The position numbers and the translations under genes were made by a program. A stretch of 64,000 bases of DNA, taken from Dehalococcoidia bacterium. GTDB taxonomy: Bacteria; Chloroflexota; Dehalococcoidia; GIF9; UBA5629. Numbering within the stretch: position 1 is the stretch's first letter; the number at the start of each line of letters is the position of its first letter. The notes under the pieces are model-generated. The model did no database searches. It was given only the letters and a program-made list of their open reading frames with translations, and was not told the origin of the DNA. The stretch covers positions 224,001-288,000 of the forward strand of contig JBEKIW010000002.1 of the NCBI GenBank assembly GCA_050011565.1, given 5' to 3'. This document shows, in pieces, positions 1-8,710 of the stretch.

Positions 1-179
1 CCGAGGTGGAAATCGGCGGTGTAAGACGTCGCGTCAGTATAGTACTCACTCCGGAAGCCAAGGTCGGTGACTACGTCCTGCTCCACACCGGCTACGCCAT
101 AAACGTCGTCAATGAAGCTGAAGCGCAAGAGACCCTGAAGATCTTAGAAGAGATGGCAAGTTTAGATGAAGTTCATTGA
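1..179 (+). CDS. hypC: Hydrogenase maturation chaperone HypC (5'-partial)
   Basis: Own translation from nt 3: EVEIGGVRRRVSIVLTPEAKVGDYVLLHTGYAINVV...; VGDYVLxHxGYA motif; overlaps the hypD start. Confidence 0.92.
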   Translation, partial: EVEIGGVRRRVSIVLTPEAKVGDYVLLHTGYAINVVNEAEAQETLKILEEMASLDEVH

Positions 180-1251
180 CGAATTCCGTGATGTCGAGCT
201 GGCAAAAAAGCTGGTAAACAGGATAAAACAGCTATCGACCAGACCGACCAGATTGATGGAGTTCTGCGGCGGCCATACCGTTTCCATCATGAGGAGCGGT
301 CTACGCCAGCTACTGCCGCCCACCGTCGAAATGCTCTCCGGCCCGGGCTGCCCGGTATGCGTTACGGCCAATGCCGACATCGACAAGTCTATTGCTCTGG
401 CCAGTCTGCCGGATGTCATCATCACTACCTTCGGCGATATGATGAAAGTGCCCGGCAGCTACTCCAGCCTGCAGCAAGCCAGAGCCACAGAAGCGGATAT
501 ACGCATCGTATATTCCACTCAGGACGCGCTACAAATCGCCAGAGACAACCCGACGCAGTCCGTCATCTTTATCGGCATCGGCTTCGAGACCACTGCCCCG
601 ACCATTGCCGCTTCTATACTTCAGGCGGAAAATGAAGGAATCAAAAACTACTATGTCCTTTGCCTGTCCAAACTGTGCCCGCCGATAATGAAAGCTCTGC
701 TTGATTTGGGTGAGCTCAAGCTGGACGGCATAATCTGTCCCGGACATGTCAGCGTTATAATCGGCTCCCGCCCTTATGAATTCATACCCCGCGAATACGG
801 CGTTGCCTGCGTCGTCTCCGGCTTCGAGCCGCTGGACATACTGCTCTCAGTAGAGATGCTGGTAGAGCAAATCGAAAGCGGCAAGCCAAAGGTGGAGATA
901 GCCTATCGACGTGGTGTAAAGCCTGAAGGTAACAAAACGGCATTGGAGTTGATGGATCGCGTTTTTGAAGTTGACAGCGCCGACTGGCGGGGCATAGGTG
1001 TGGTGCCGGCCAGCGGGTTAAAGATAAGGAAAAAATTCGAGCGCTTCGATGCCGAGCAAGCTTTCTCAATAACCCTGGAGCCCGTCCGAGAGGCAAAGGG
1101 ATGTATCTGCGGCGATATACTGCGCGGCGTAAAGATACCAATCGACTGCAAGCTATTCCGCAAGGCCTGTACACCGGAACACCCGGTCGGGCCCTGCATG
1201 GTATCTTCCGAAGGTTCCTGCGCCGCTTATTATCAATATGAAACTGTTTAG
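166..1251 (+). CDS. hypD: Hydrogenase formation protein HypD
   Basis: MEFCGGHT, GPGCPVC, GFETT, PGHVS, GPCMVSSEGSC motifs. Confidence 0.97.
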   Translation: MKFIDEFRDVELAKKLVNRIKQLSTRPTRLMEFCGGHTVSIMRSGLRQLLPPTVEMLSGPGCPVCVTANADIDKSIALASLPDVIITTFGDMMKVPGSYSSLQQARATEADIRIVYSTQDALQIARDNPTQSVIFIGIGFETTAPTIAASILQAENEGIKNYYVLCLSKLCPPIMKALLDLGELKLDGIICPGHVSVIIGSRPYEFIPREYGVACVVSGFEPLDILLSVEMLVEQIESGKPKVEIAYRRGVKPEGNKTALELMDRVFEVDSADWRGIGVVPASGLKIRKKFERFDAEQAFSITLEPVREAKGCICGDILRGVKIPIDCKLFRKACTPEHPVGPCMVSSEGSCAAYYQYETV

Positions 1252-1254
1252 CAA

Positions 1255-1299
1255 CCTCACCCCCTTAATCTCCCCCTCCTTTGTAAGGAGAGGGAGAAG
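1255..1299. repeat. REP-like palindrome, family 1 (CCCTCACC...CTCTCCC-loop-GGGAGAG type)
   Basis: cctcacccccttaa followed by hairpin tctccccctcctt-tgt-aaggagagggaga; related copies at 39831, 49617, 52251. Confidence 0.6.
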
Positions 1300-1350
1300 A
1301 GTGGACTGGACCTGTCCATACATGTCTTAGTATCAATACGGGACTGAATA

Positions 1351-2358
1351 ATGAATGATGAAACCATCTTGCTGGCCCACGGCAGCGGCAGCCGGCTAAG
1401 TCACGACCTGATTGAGAAAAATTTCCTGCCGCCGCTAACTAATCCGCTATTAGCCAGGCTGGATGATTCGGCGGTTTTCGACCTCAGCGGTCGCCTCGCC
1501 TTCACCACCGACAGCTACGTGGTCAGCCCTATCTTCTTCCCCGGCGGCGATATCGGCAAGCTGGCTGTCTGCGGTACCGTCAACGACTTATCTATGAGCG
1601 GAGCTGCGCCGCTTTACTTGAGCCTGTCCTTCATAATAGAAGAAGGCTTAACAATTGGCAAACTGAAAAAGGTGGTCGGTTCCATAAAAGCAGCGGCTGA
1701 AGAAGCCGGCGTAAATATAGTCACCGGCGATACCAAGGTGGTAAACCGCGGCAGCGCCGATAAGCTGTTCATCAACACCTCCGGCATCGGCATCATCCCT
1801 GAAGGCGTAGATATATCCGGGGCTAATGCCAAATTGGGAGATAAAATTATCCTCAGCGGCACCATCGGCGACCACGGCATTGCCGTGATGAGCCAGCGAG
1901 AAGGGCTCAAGTTCTCAGTGCCCGTCCAAAGCGATTGCGCCCCGCTTAACAAACTGGTGTCGCAGATGCTTGAAGCCTCGCGACGTATTCACTGCCTGCG
2001 TGACCCAACCCGAGGCGGCTTAGCCACGACGCTTAATGAATTCGCCAGGCAGTCTGGAGTCGGCATCAGGATAGAAGAGGAGAAGATTCCGGTGCTCGAT
2101 GCTGTTCGAGCCGCCTGCGAGCTTCTCGGTTTCGACCCGCTGTATGTGGCCAATGAAGGCAAGCTCGTGGCTATAGTGGCGCCAAACGATGCTGGGAAAA
2201 TTCTGGCCAGGATGAAGCGGAATAAGTATGGCGCCGACGCTGCCGTCATCGGCGAGGTAACCGATGAGCATAAAGGCAAGGTCATATTGAAGACGCGGCT
2301 TGGTGCCTCCCGCATCGTCGACATGTTAAGCGGCGAACTGCTGCCCCGCATTTGCTAA
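1351..2358 (+). CDS. hypE: Hydrogenase maturation carbamoyl dehydratase HypE
   Basis: HGSG, FTTDSYVV, GTVND, RDPTRGG, C-terminal PRIC. Confidence 0.97.
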   Translation: MNDETILLAHGSGSRLSHDLIEKNFLPPLTNPLLARLDDSAVFDLSGRLAFTTDSYVVSPIFFPGGDIGKLAVCGTVNDLSMSGAAPLYLSLSFIIEEGLTIGKLKKVVGSIKAAAEEAGVNIVTGDTKVVNRGSADKLFINTSGIGIIPEGVDISGANAKLGDKIILSGTIGDHGIAVMSQREGLKFSVPVQSDCAPLNKLVSQMLEASRRIHCLRDPTRGGLATTLNEFARQSGVGIRIEEEKIPVLDAVRAACELLGFDPLYVANEGKLVAIVAPNDAGKILARMKRNKYGADAAVIGEVTDEHKGKVILKTRLGASRIVDMLSGELLPRIC

Positions 2359-2462
2359 GTACGGTCAGTCCTCCCAGTATTTGGATAACTAAGGTGTGGA
2401 CAATCTACGCATAAACTTTTGATTACGGTTCTTCGTTTCTAGTTAAGAAAGGAGGTCTCCAA

Positions 2463-2603
2463 ATGCAAGCCTACTGTGTCAAATGCCGCACCAAAAGAGA
2501 AATGAGCAATCCGAGGGCAGTCAAGATGAAAAACGGTAAGCCGGCTACCCAGGGTGTTTGCCCCAGATGCGGCACCAAGATGTTCCGAATAGGACAGAGC
2601 TAA
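2463..2603 (+). CDS. 46-aa basic zinc-ribbon protein, DUF5679-like (not in ORF track)
   Basis: MQAYCVKCRTKREMSNPRAVKMKNGKPATQGVCPRCGTKMFRIGQS; two CxxC; strong SD AAGGAGGT upstream; hairpin downstream. Confidence 0.85.
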   Translation: MQAYCVKCRTKREMSNPRAVKMKNGKPATQGVCPRCGTKMFRIGQS

Positions 2604-2627
2604 ACATCCAACCTGTCAGAAATGATT

Positions 2628-2658
2628 GAAGCCGGGTATTTTCAGGATGCCCGGCTTC
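2628..2658. terminator. Probable intrinsic, possibly bidirectional, terminator
   Basis: GAAGCCGGGTAT-N7-ATGCCCGGCTTC stem between convergent genes. Confidence 0.7.
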
Positions 2659-2690
2659 TCATTTTCGAATAGCATATCTAGGAAAAAATC

Positions 2691-4781
2691 TCACACGCTC
2701 TTCTGCGCTTTAGTGCCAGTCTTGGTAGCGGCGGCGCCGTAGAATCTATACATATCCCGACCCTGCTCCTTAGCCCGGTACATGGCGGTGTCGGCATTCT
2801 TCAATAAGATTTCAATATCCTTTCCATCCTCAGGGTAAACAGCAATGCCGATGCTGGTCGTAATATTGAGCTGGTGACCATCGAAAACAAGTGGCTCTCG
2901 AAAGACATCCAAGATTCTTTGGGCTAACCTGGAAGCATTGGCCGGCTGGCAGACTTGTGGTAGCACCAAAACGAACTCGTCTCCACCGATACGGGCAATC
3001 GTATCGCTCTTACGAGTAACACTTGTCAATCGCTCGGCAACGGCTTTCAGCAACTGGTCACCGACACCATGTCCCAGAGTATCATTAATAGTCTTAAATT
3101 TATCCAAATCGAGCATCAATACAGCCAATCTGTTACCACTGCGCCGTGATAGAGCCAATCCCATGGTAAGACGGTCGCTCAACAATGTTCTGTTAGGCAG
3201 GCCGGTCAGCGAGTCATGTGTGGCCATTTCAGCAATCTTTTGCTCGTACTGCTTATGTTCGGTAACGTCACGGCTGACCGCCCGGAATCCGACAATCTTC
3301 CCCGCCTTGTCCCGCAAAGGAGAAACCGAATTTTCTACGAACATCTGCGTTCCGTCCTTTCTAACGGTGGCAAAAGGATATGATTTCAGCGGCTCGCCTG
3401 TCCGATAGACTTTATTCCAGGCCTTATATACGCTCTTTAAATCCTCTTTGAGCACGTAAGCTCGATAGTTCGTTCCGATTAACTCTTCCTCGGAGTATCC
3501 GAATTGACGACAAGCTGATTTATTGACAAAATTGATATTACCGGCTAGGTCCAGCTCATAGTAGCCTTCCTCTATCTCCTCCAGTATGGATCGATATTTC
3601 TCCTCCGACTGTCTTAAAGCTTCCTCCATCCGCACACGCTCGGTAACATCATGGCTGACTCCACGAAAACCGACTATCTCGCCTTTCTCGTTTCGCATGG
3701 GGAAAGCCGATATTTCAGCGAATCCATGGCTACCGTCTTTTCTAACGAAAGTGGAACTAATGGCTTTGATTGGCTGACCGGTACGGTAAAGCTTCTTATA
3801 CTCTTCATAAATTTTTTGGGATTCTTCAGGCGTGTGGATGGCTCTGGAGTTCATACCTATCAGCTCTTCCATGGTATATCCCAAGCTGCGGCATAAAGCA
3901 TCGTTTACGAAGGTGTAGTTGCCGGCCAGGTCGTTTTCATAGTAATCATCGTGTATCTCATCCATTATGGTGCGGTATCGCTCCTCGGACTTTCTTAAAG
4001 CTTCCTCCATCTGCACACGTTCGGTAACATCATGGCTGACTCCACGAAAGCCTACTATCTCACCTTTCTCGTTTCGCATGGGGAAAGCCGATAGTTCACC
4101 AACTCCGTAACTGCCATCTTTGCGAACGAATTTGGTGGTAAGGGCTTTGATTGGCTGACCTGTACGATAAACCTGGTTAAAGGTCTTATAAATTCTTTCG
4201 ACATCATCACTGGCGTTGGTGACCTTATAGTTCATACCTATCAGCTCTTCCGCGGTATATGCCACGCTACGGCAGAAGGCATCATTTACGAAGGTGTAAT
4301 TGCCAGCCAGGTCAACTTCAAAATAATCATCATGCGTCTCGTCCATGATAGTCCGGTATCTCTCCTCTGACTTGGCTAAGGTCTCTTCCGACTGCTTGCG
4401 TTCGGTGATATCCATAAAGCTTCCCACGGCGGACCGCTTTCCACTATACTCAGTTGAGGTCAACCTCTCCAGAACCCAAATTACCCCGCCGTCCTTTTTT
4501 AGGAATCTGTACTCATAGGGAAAGGAACTTCCACCCTTTAAGCTGTCTATTGCCTTTTTCCTGACTATTTCTCTATCCTCGGGATGAACCAGGTCGAGAG
4601 GATACACACCTAGAAGTTCCGGTTCTGTATAGCCCGTTAGCTCCTGGAATAGTGAGTTAACATACTGAAATCTTCCGTCCTGGATAATATAAATCCCTGT
4701 GCCGGCACACCGCATTAACGCTTGCGCCAGCTCTTCAGAGCCATTCATCCTGGATTTGTTTTGTTTAACCGTCTTTTCCAC
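2691..4781 (-). CDS. Diguanylate cyclase with four PAS/PAC domains
   Basis: Four PAS-PAC repeats (DITE/DVTE ends); HDSLTGLPNR, DLDKFKTINDTLGH, RKSD I-site, GGDEF. Confidence 0.95.
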   Translation of the reverse strand: MEKTVKQNKSRMNGSEELAQALMRCAGTGIYIIQDGRFQYVNSLFQELTGYTEPELLGVYPLDLVHPEDREIVRKKAIDSLKGGSSFPYEYRFLKKDGGVIWVLERLTSTEYSGKRSAVGSFMDITERKQSEETLAKSEERYRTIMDETHDDYFEVDLAGNYTFVNDAFCRSVAYTAEELIGMNYKVTNASDDVERIYKTFNQVYRTGQPIKALTTKFVRKDGSYGVGELSAFPMRNEKGEIVGFRGVSHDVTERVQMEEALRKSEERYRTIMDEIHDDYYENDLAGNYTFVNDALCRSLGYTMEELIGMNSRAIHTPEESQKIYEEYKKLYRTGQPIKAISSTFVRKDGSHGFAEISAFPMRNEKGEIVGFRGVSHDVTERVRMEEALRQSEEKYRSILEEIEEGYYELDLAGNINFVNKSACRQFGYSEEELIGTNYRAYVLKEDLKSVYKAWNKVYRTGEPLKSYPFATVRKDGTQMFVENSVSPLRDKAGKIVGFRAVSRDVTEHKQYEQKIAEMATHDSLTGLPNRTLLSDRLTMGLALSRRSGNRLAVLMLDLDKFKTINDTLGHGVGDQLLKAVAERLTSVTRKSDTIARIGGDEFVLVLPQVCQPANASRLAQRILDVFREPLVFDGHQLNITTSIGIAVYPEDGKDIEILLKNADTAMYRAKEQGRDMYRFYGAAATKTGTKAQKSV
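3613..4370. repeat. Internal tandem duplication (381-bp period) of a PAS-PAC unit
   Basis: Near-identical DNA beginning cttaaagcttcctccat at 3613 and at 3994. Confidence 0.85.
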
Positions 4782-4979
4782 TTACGTTATCTCAACAATC
4801 TTTCCATAACTTATCGCTAGATACACTTAATATAGTATATCGCCTACCAGAGCTATAAGTGAATAGCCTATAGGTAATTTTATGTCTAGTAAAAAGGTAC
4901 TACCGACTAAGCTCTGGAGGTAGCCAAACCATAATTTGTATCGTGACTCTTGCAGTCATTTTTTAATCACTCGGCCTAT

Positions 4980-5008
4980 TTGCAATGATAGTTATAAACG
5001 TGTAGAAT
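4980..5008 (+). promoter_or_regulatory. Sigma70-type promoter of the hydrogenase-metVF operon
   Basis: TTGCAA-N17-TAGAAT; palindrome TGACT-N5-AGTCA at 4944-4958 upstream. Confidence 0.6.
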
Positions 5009-5045
5009 TTGCGATTGGCAGTTCTTGGCAAAGAAAGGGGGTCAA

Positions 5046-5942
5046 ATGCCTAAGGCAAACGTTCAAGAAATTCCGCTTGTCTGGATACAAGCAGGCACCT
5101 GCACCGGATGCTCAGTCTCAGTCCTCAATTCAGTCAGCCCGACCATCAAGAATGTCCTTATAGATGAAATTATCCCTGGTAAACACCTAAACCTGAAATT
5201 CCAGGCAACCGTAATGGCCGGCGAAGGGGACGCCGTAATTAAGGTGCTGGAAAATACGCCAAAGACAAATAAAGGTGGCTATGTCCTAATAGTCGAAGGC
5301 GCCATCCCCACCAAGGATGGCGGTGCTTATGGGTCACTTGGTGAGAAAAACGACAAACCGGTGCCCATGGCAGAGAGAGTAGAAGCATTAGCCAGGGATG
5401 CCCTGGCAATCGTGGCACTGGGCACCTGCGCTACCTTCGGCGGTATAGCTGCCGGCAAGCCTAATCCCGGTGGCTATGTGGGTGCGGAAAAATTCCTTAA
5501 ATCCCGCAATATAAACAAGCCGTTGATTAATATCGCCGGCTGTCCACCCCACCCCGATTGGTTCATAGGCAGCGTCGCCTCCGTACTGCTTCTCGGTTTG
5601 CCCAAGCCGGAAGACCTGGACGAGCTTAAACGTCCCAAGGTCTTCTATGGCAATTTAATCCACGAAAATTGCCCCAGAAGAGCCTACTTCGATGAAGGAA
5701 AATTTGCTAAAAAGTTCGGCGAACCGGGCTGCCTCAATGAGCTGGGCTGTAAGGGACCGGTTACGCATGCCGATTGCCCGCTGAGGAAGTGGAATCACGG
5801 AACAAACTGGTGCATCGATGCCGGTTCGCCGTGCATCGGCTGCTGTGAGCCCGGATTTCCCGATCTGGTGGCTCCCGTCTATCAGAAATTAAGCGATGCC
5901 AACATGCCCATGATAGGTAAACTCCCGGGAAAGGAGAAATAG
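5046..5942 (+). CDS. [NiFe]-hydrogenase small subunit (group 1/1a-like), no TAT signal, no membrane anchor
   Basis: CTGC, GTCATFGG, GCPPHP, HENCPRR, LGCKGP, WCIDAGSPCIGC; ATG 5046 after AAGGGGGT. Confidence 0.92.
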   Translation: MPKANVQEIPLVWIQAGTCTGCSVSVLNSVSPTIKNVLIDEIIPGKHLNLKFQATVMAGEGDAVIKVLENTPKTNKGGYVLIVEGAIPTKDGGAYGSLGEKNDKPVPMAERVEALARDALAIVALGTCATFGGIAAGKPNPGGYVGAEKFLKSRNINKPLINIAGCPPHPDWFIGSVASVLLLGLPKPEDLDELKRPKVFYGNLIHENCPRRAYFDEGKFAKKFGEPGCLNELGCKGPVTHADCPLRKWNHGTNWCIDAGSPCIGCCEPGFPDLVAPVYQKLSDANMPMIGKLPGKEK

Positions 5943-5945
5943 AAA

Positions 5946-7505
5946 TTGAGCAAGATTGTTGTTGACCCGGTCACCCGCCTCGAAGGTCACTATAAGGTTG
6001 AAGTTGTCACCGATAAAGGCGTGGTCAAAGAAGCTCACAGTTCAGGCATGATGTTCCGTGGCCTCGAAATAATACTCCGGGGAAGAGACCCGCGCGATGC
6101 CCAAATGTATACACAGCGTATCTGTGGAGTCTGCCCTACCAGCCATTCCACGGCTGCCACGCTTAACCTCGACAGCGCTTTCGGTCTCGCCGATAAGATA
6201 CCCGACAACGGACGTATTATCCGTAACCTCATATTGGGAGCGGCGCATGTTTCCGACCACATTCTTCACTTCTATCACCTGGCAGCTCTCGATTACGTGG
6301 ATGTTACCAAGATACTCAAATACGAGGGCAATGACCCAAGTTTGAACTCTGTCAAGGAATTTGCCCAGCGAGGAGAGCTGGCTCCATTTGTACCTCGATA
6401 TGAAGGTGACTACCGCTTAAGCGATAAGGTGAATATAGGCGCACTGGCTCATTATATTCAAGCTCTGGAGATGAGACGCAAGGGTCAGGAGATGCTGGTT
6501 ATCTTCGGCGGCAAGATGCCTCATAATATGGCTATCGTCCCCGGCGGAGTTACTTCAACCGTCACCGTGGATAAAATAGCCTCTTTCCTGTGGATGCTCA
6601 ATGAGCTCAGGGATTTCGTCGATAATGTTTATATTCCCGACGTCCTGGCCGTGGCCGAAGCCTATGCCGACTATTTCGAAATCGGCGCCGGCTGCGGCAA
6701 TCTACTGTCTTACGGAAGCTTCGACCTCGAAGGTAATAATCCCGATTACACCAAGAGGAAGAGGCTTATGAAGCAGGGGACGGTTTCAACTGACCTTAAG
6801 CTCGGTGCTCTAGACCCGAACAAGATTATGGAATATGTAAAGCATTCCTGGTATGCCGATTCCAGCACCGGCAAGCACCCGTCAAAAGGCGCGACGGAGC
6901 CTCAACTGGAAAAGAAAGGCGCCTACACCTGGGTGAAAGCTCCGCGATACGACGGCAAGGTATATGAAGTCGGCCCGCTGGCCCGTATAGCAGCTAGTTA
7001 TGCCGACGGAGAGCCAACGGTTAAAACGCTGGTCGACTCTGTTCTTTCGAAGTTTAAGGCCAGCCCCAAGGCTTTATTCTCAGTGCTCGGTCGCCATGCC
7101 GCCCGTGCCCTCTATACCAAGTTTCTGGCTGATACAATGCCCGGGTGGCTGCTCCAGCTAAAGCCGGGTGAGCCGGCTTACATAGACTACACCATACCCG
7201 ACGAAGCCTTTGGAATGGGATTAGTTGATGGTGCCAGAGGTGCTCTGGGGCACTGGATTGAGATAAAGGATAAGAAAATTGCCAATTACCAGTGCGTGGT
7301 GCCAAGCACCTGGAATATGTCGCCGAAAGACGACAACGGACAGCCCGGACCGGTAGAACAAGCCCTTATCGGCACCAAGATAAAGGATGAAAATAATCCT
7401 TTTGAGATCGGTCGCATTATCCGCTCCTTCGACCCCTGTCTGGCTTGCGCCATTCATGTTATTACGCCCAAAGGAAAAACTCTTGGAATATACAAAGTCA
7501 GTTGA
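5946..7505 (+). CDS. [NiFe]-hydrogenase large subunit (group 1/1a-like)
   Basis: DPVTRLEGH, L1 RICGVCPTSH, L2 FDPCLACAIH plus cleavable C-terminal extension. Confidence 0.95.
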   Translation: MSKIVVDPVTRLEGHYKVEVVTDKGVVKEAHSSGMMFRGLEIILRGRDPRDAQMYTQRICGVCPTSHSTAATLNLDSAFGLADKIPDNGRIIRNLILGAAHVSDHILHFYHLAALDYVDVTKILKYEGNDPSLNSVKEFAQRGELAPFVPRYEGDYRLSDKVNIGALAHYIQALEMRRKGQEMLVIFGGKMPHNMAIVPGGVTSTVTVDKIASFLWMLNELRDFVDNVYIPDVLAVAEAYADYFEIGAGCGNLLSYGSFDLEGNNPDYTKRKRLMKQGTVSTDLKLGALDPNKIMEYVKHSWYADSSTGKHPSKGATEPQLEKKGAYTWVKAPRYDGKVYEVGPLARIAASYADGEPTVKTLVDSVLSKFKASPKALFSVLGRHAARALYTKFLADTMPGWLLQLKPGEPAYIDYTIPDEAFGMGLVDGARGALGHWIEIKDKKIANYQCVVPSTWNMSPKDDNGQPGPVEQALIGTKIKDENNPFEIGRIIRSFDPCLACAIHVITPKGKTLGIYKVS

Positions 7506-8001
7506 GACACGAACGCGTCATAGCAGCCCGAGAATCACCATTCTGGGCATCGGCAACCTGCTACTCAAAGACGAAGGTATAGGCGTCCACCTGGTTCAAA
7601 AACTGGCTGGCGTTGTAGACAACGCTAATGTCAATATAATCGACGCCGGCACTTATCCCGACTTTCTGTCTCTGGTAGATGACAATTTAGACAAATTAAT
7701 CATTGTAGACGCTGTTAAAACCGGAGATAGGCCGGGAACTATATATCGATTCGGCTCCGATGACCTAGATTTAGATTCCACGCTGCCGGTTTCGGCACAC
7801 GATATGGGCGTATTAGATAGTCTAAAAACGATGGCTTTACTCAATAGACAGCCAAAATCAACAGTCATTATCGGCATCGAGCCCAGGACCATAGACTTCG
7901 GGCTTGACCTTTCCCCGGAAATTGAAGATAAACTACCCAAAATTATTAGTTTAGTTCTCAAGGAGATAGAGGAAACCACAGCTATGGAGGTAGACAAATG
8001 A
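7456..8001 (+). CDS. Hydrogenase maturation protease (HyaD/HybD family); start uncertain
   Basis: LGIGNLLLKDEGIGV, IIVDAV, SAHD, GIEP motifs. Confidence 0.9.
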   Translation: MLLRPKEKLLEYTKSVETRTRHSSPRITILGIGNLLLKDEGIGVHLVQKLAGVVDNANVNIIDAGTYPDFLSLVDDNLDKLIIVDAVKTGDRPGTIYRFGSDDLDLDSTLPVSAHDMGVLDSLKTMALLNRQPKSTVIIGIEPRTIDFGLDLSPEIEDKLPKIISLVLKEIEETTAMEVDK

Positions 8002-8684
8002 TAATCTCTGAATTAAAGCCGCTTCCGGAAATCTTAGGTTATTTAGACAAGGACAAGAAAATCTTTATAGCCGGCTGCAAAGGTTGTGCCGAGGTCTGCC
8101 AGACGGGGGATGAGCCTCAGGTCCTCGACATGAAACAGAAACTGGAGCAAGAAGGCAAGACAGTCACCGGCCACTGCGTTGTCGATTTCCTGTGTGATAA
8201 AGCTCTAATCAAGACCAGGCTGTTTCCCCATGAGGATGAGATAGATGCTGCCGATTCTCTGCTGGTAATGACCTGCGGTATCGGAGTCCAGGCAACAGCG
8301 GCTGTGGTGAACAAACTGGTACATCCGGCGGCTAACACCATCAATGTCGGCGGTGCCGGTGGGACGTGGCGGGGCAGCGAGCGCTGCCGTGAATGCGGCG
8401 ACTGCGTGCTGGATTTAACCGGTGGCATTTGCCCCTTGACTGCCTGCACCAAATGGCTCGTCAACGGACCTTGCGGCGGTGCTAAAAATGGCAAGTGTGA
8501 GGTTGAACCCGATGTACGTGACTGCGGCTGGCACCTTATTTACGAAAGGCTGAAAAAATTGGGCCAGTTGGACAAAATGCGAACAATCATGCCGGTGGTC
8601 AAGAACTACAGCAAAATGCAACCGCCGAAGGCGCTAAGGTCCACCATAATGTGGGCGCTGGAGCAGCAAGAAACAAAAGTTTAG
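7998..8684 (+). CDS. metV: Methylene-THF reductase Fe-S/Zn subunit MetV
   Basis: GCKGCAEVC, CGIG, CRECGDC, GICPLTAC, NGPCGG, KCEV, CGW; directly upstream of metF. Confidence 0.88.
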   Translation: MIISELKPLPEILGYLDKDKKIFIAGCKGCAEVCQTGDEPQVLDMKQKLEQEGKTVTGHCVVDFLCDKALIKTRLFPHEDEIDAADSLLVMTCGIGVQATAAVVNKLVHPAANTINVGGAGGTWRGSERCRECGDCVLDLTGGICPLTACTKWLVNGPCGGAKNGKCEVEPDVRDCGWHLIYERLKKLGQLDKMRTIMPVVKNYSKMQPPKALRSTIMWALEQQETKV

Positions 8685-8710
8685 CTATCCTTAAAGGAGG
8701 TAAACAGAGA

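Noticed and set aside
2380-2403. Two DnaA-box-like 9-mers upstream of the small zinc-ribbon gene
   Set aside because: Each has a mismatch and there is no AT-rich unwinding tract; chance occurrence is plausible.
7430-7450. Selenocysteine hydrogenase
   Set aside because: The L2 motif uses Cys codons; there is no in-frame TGA.
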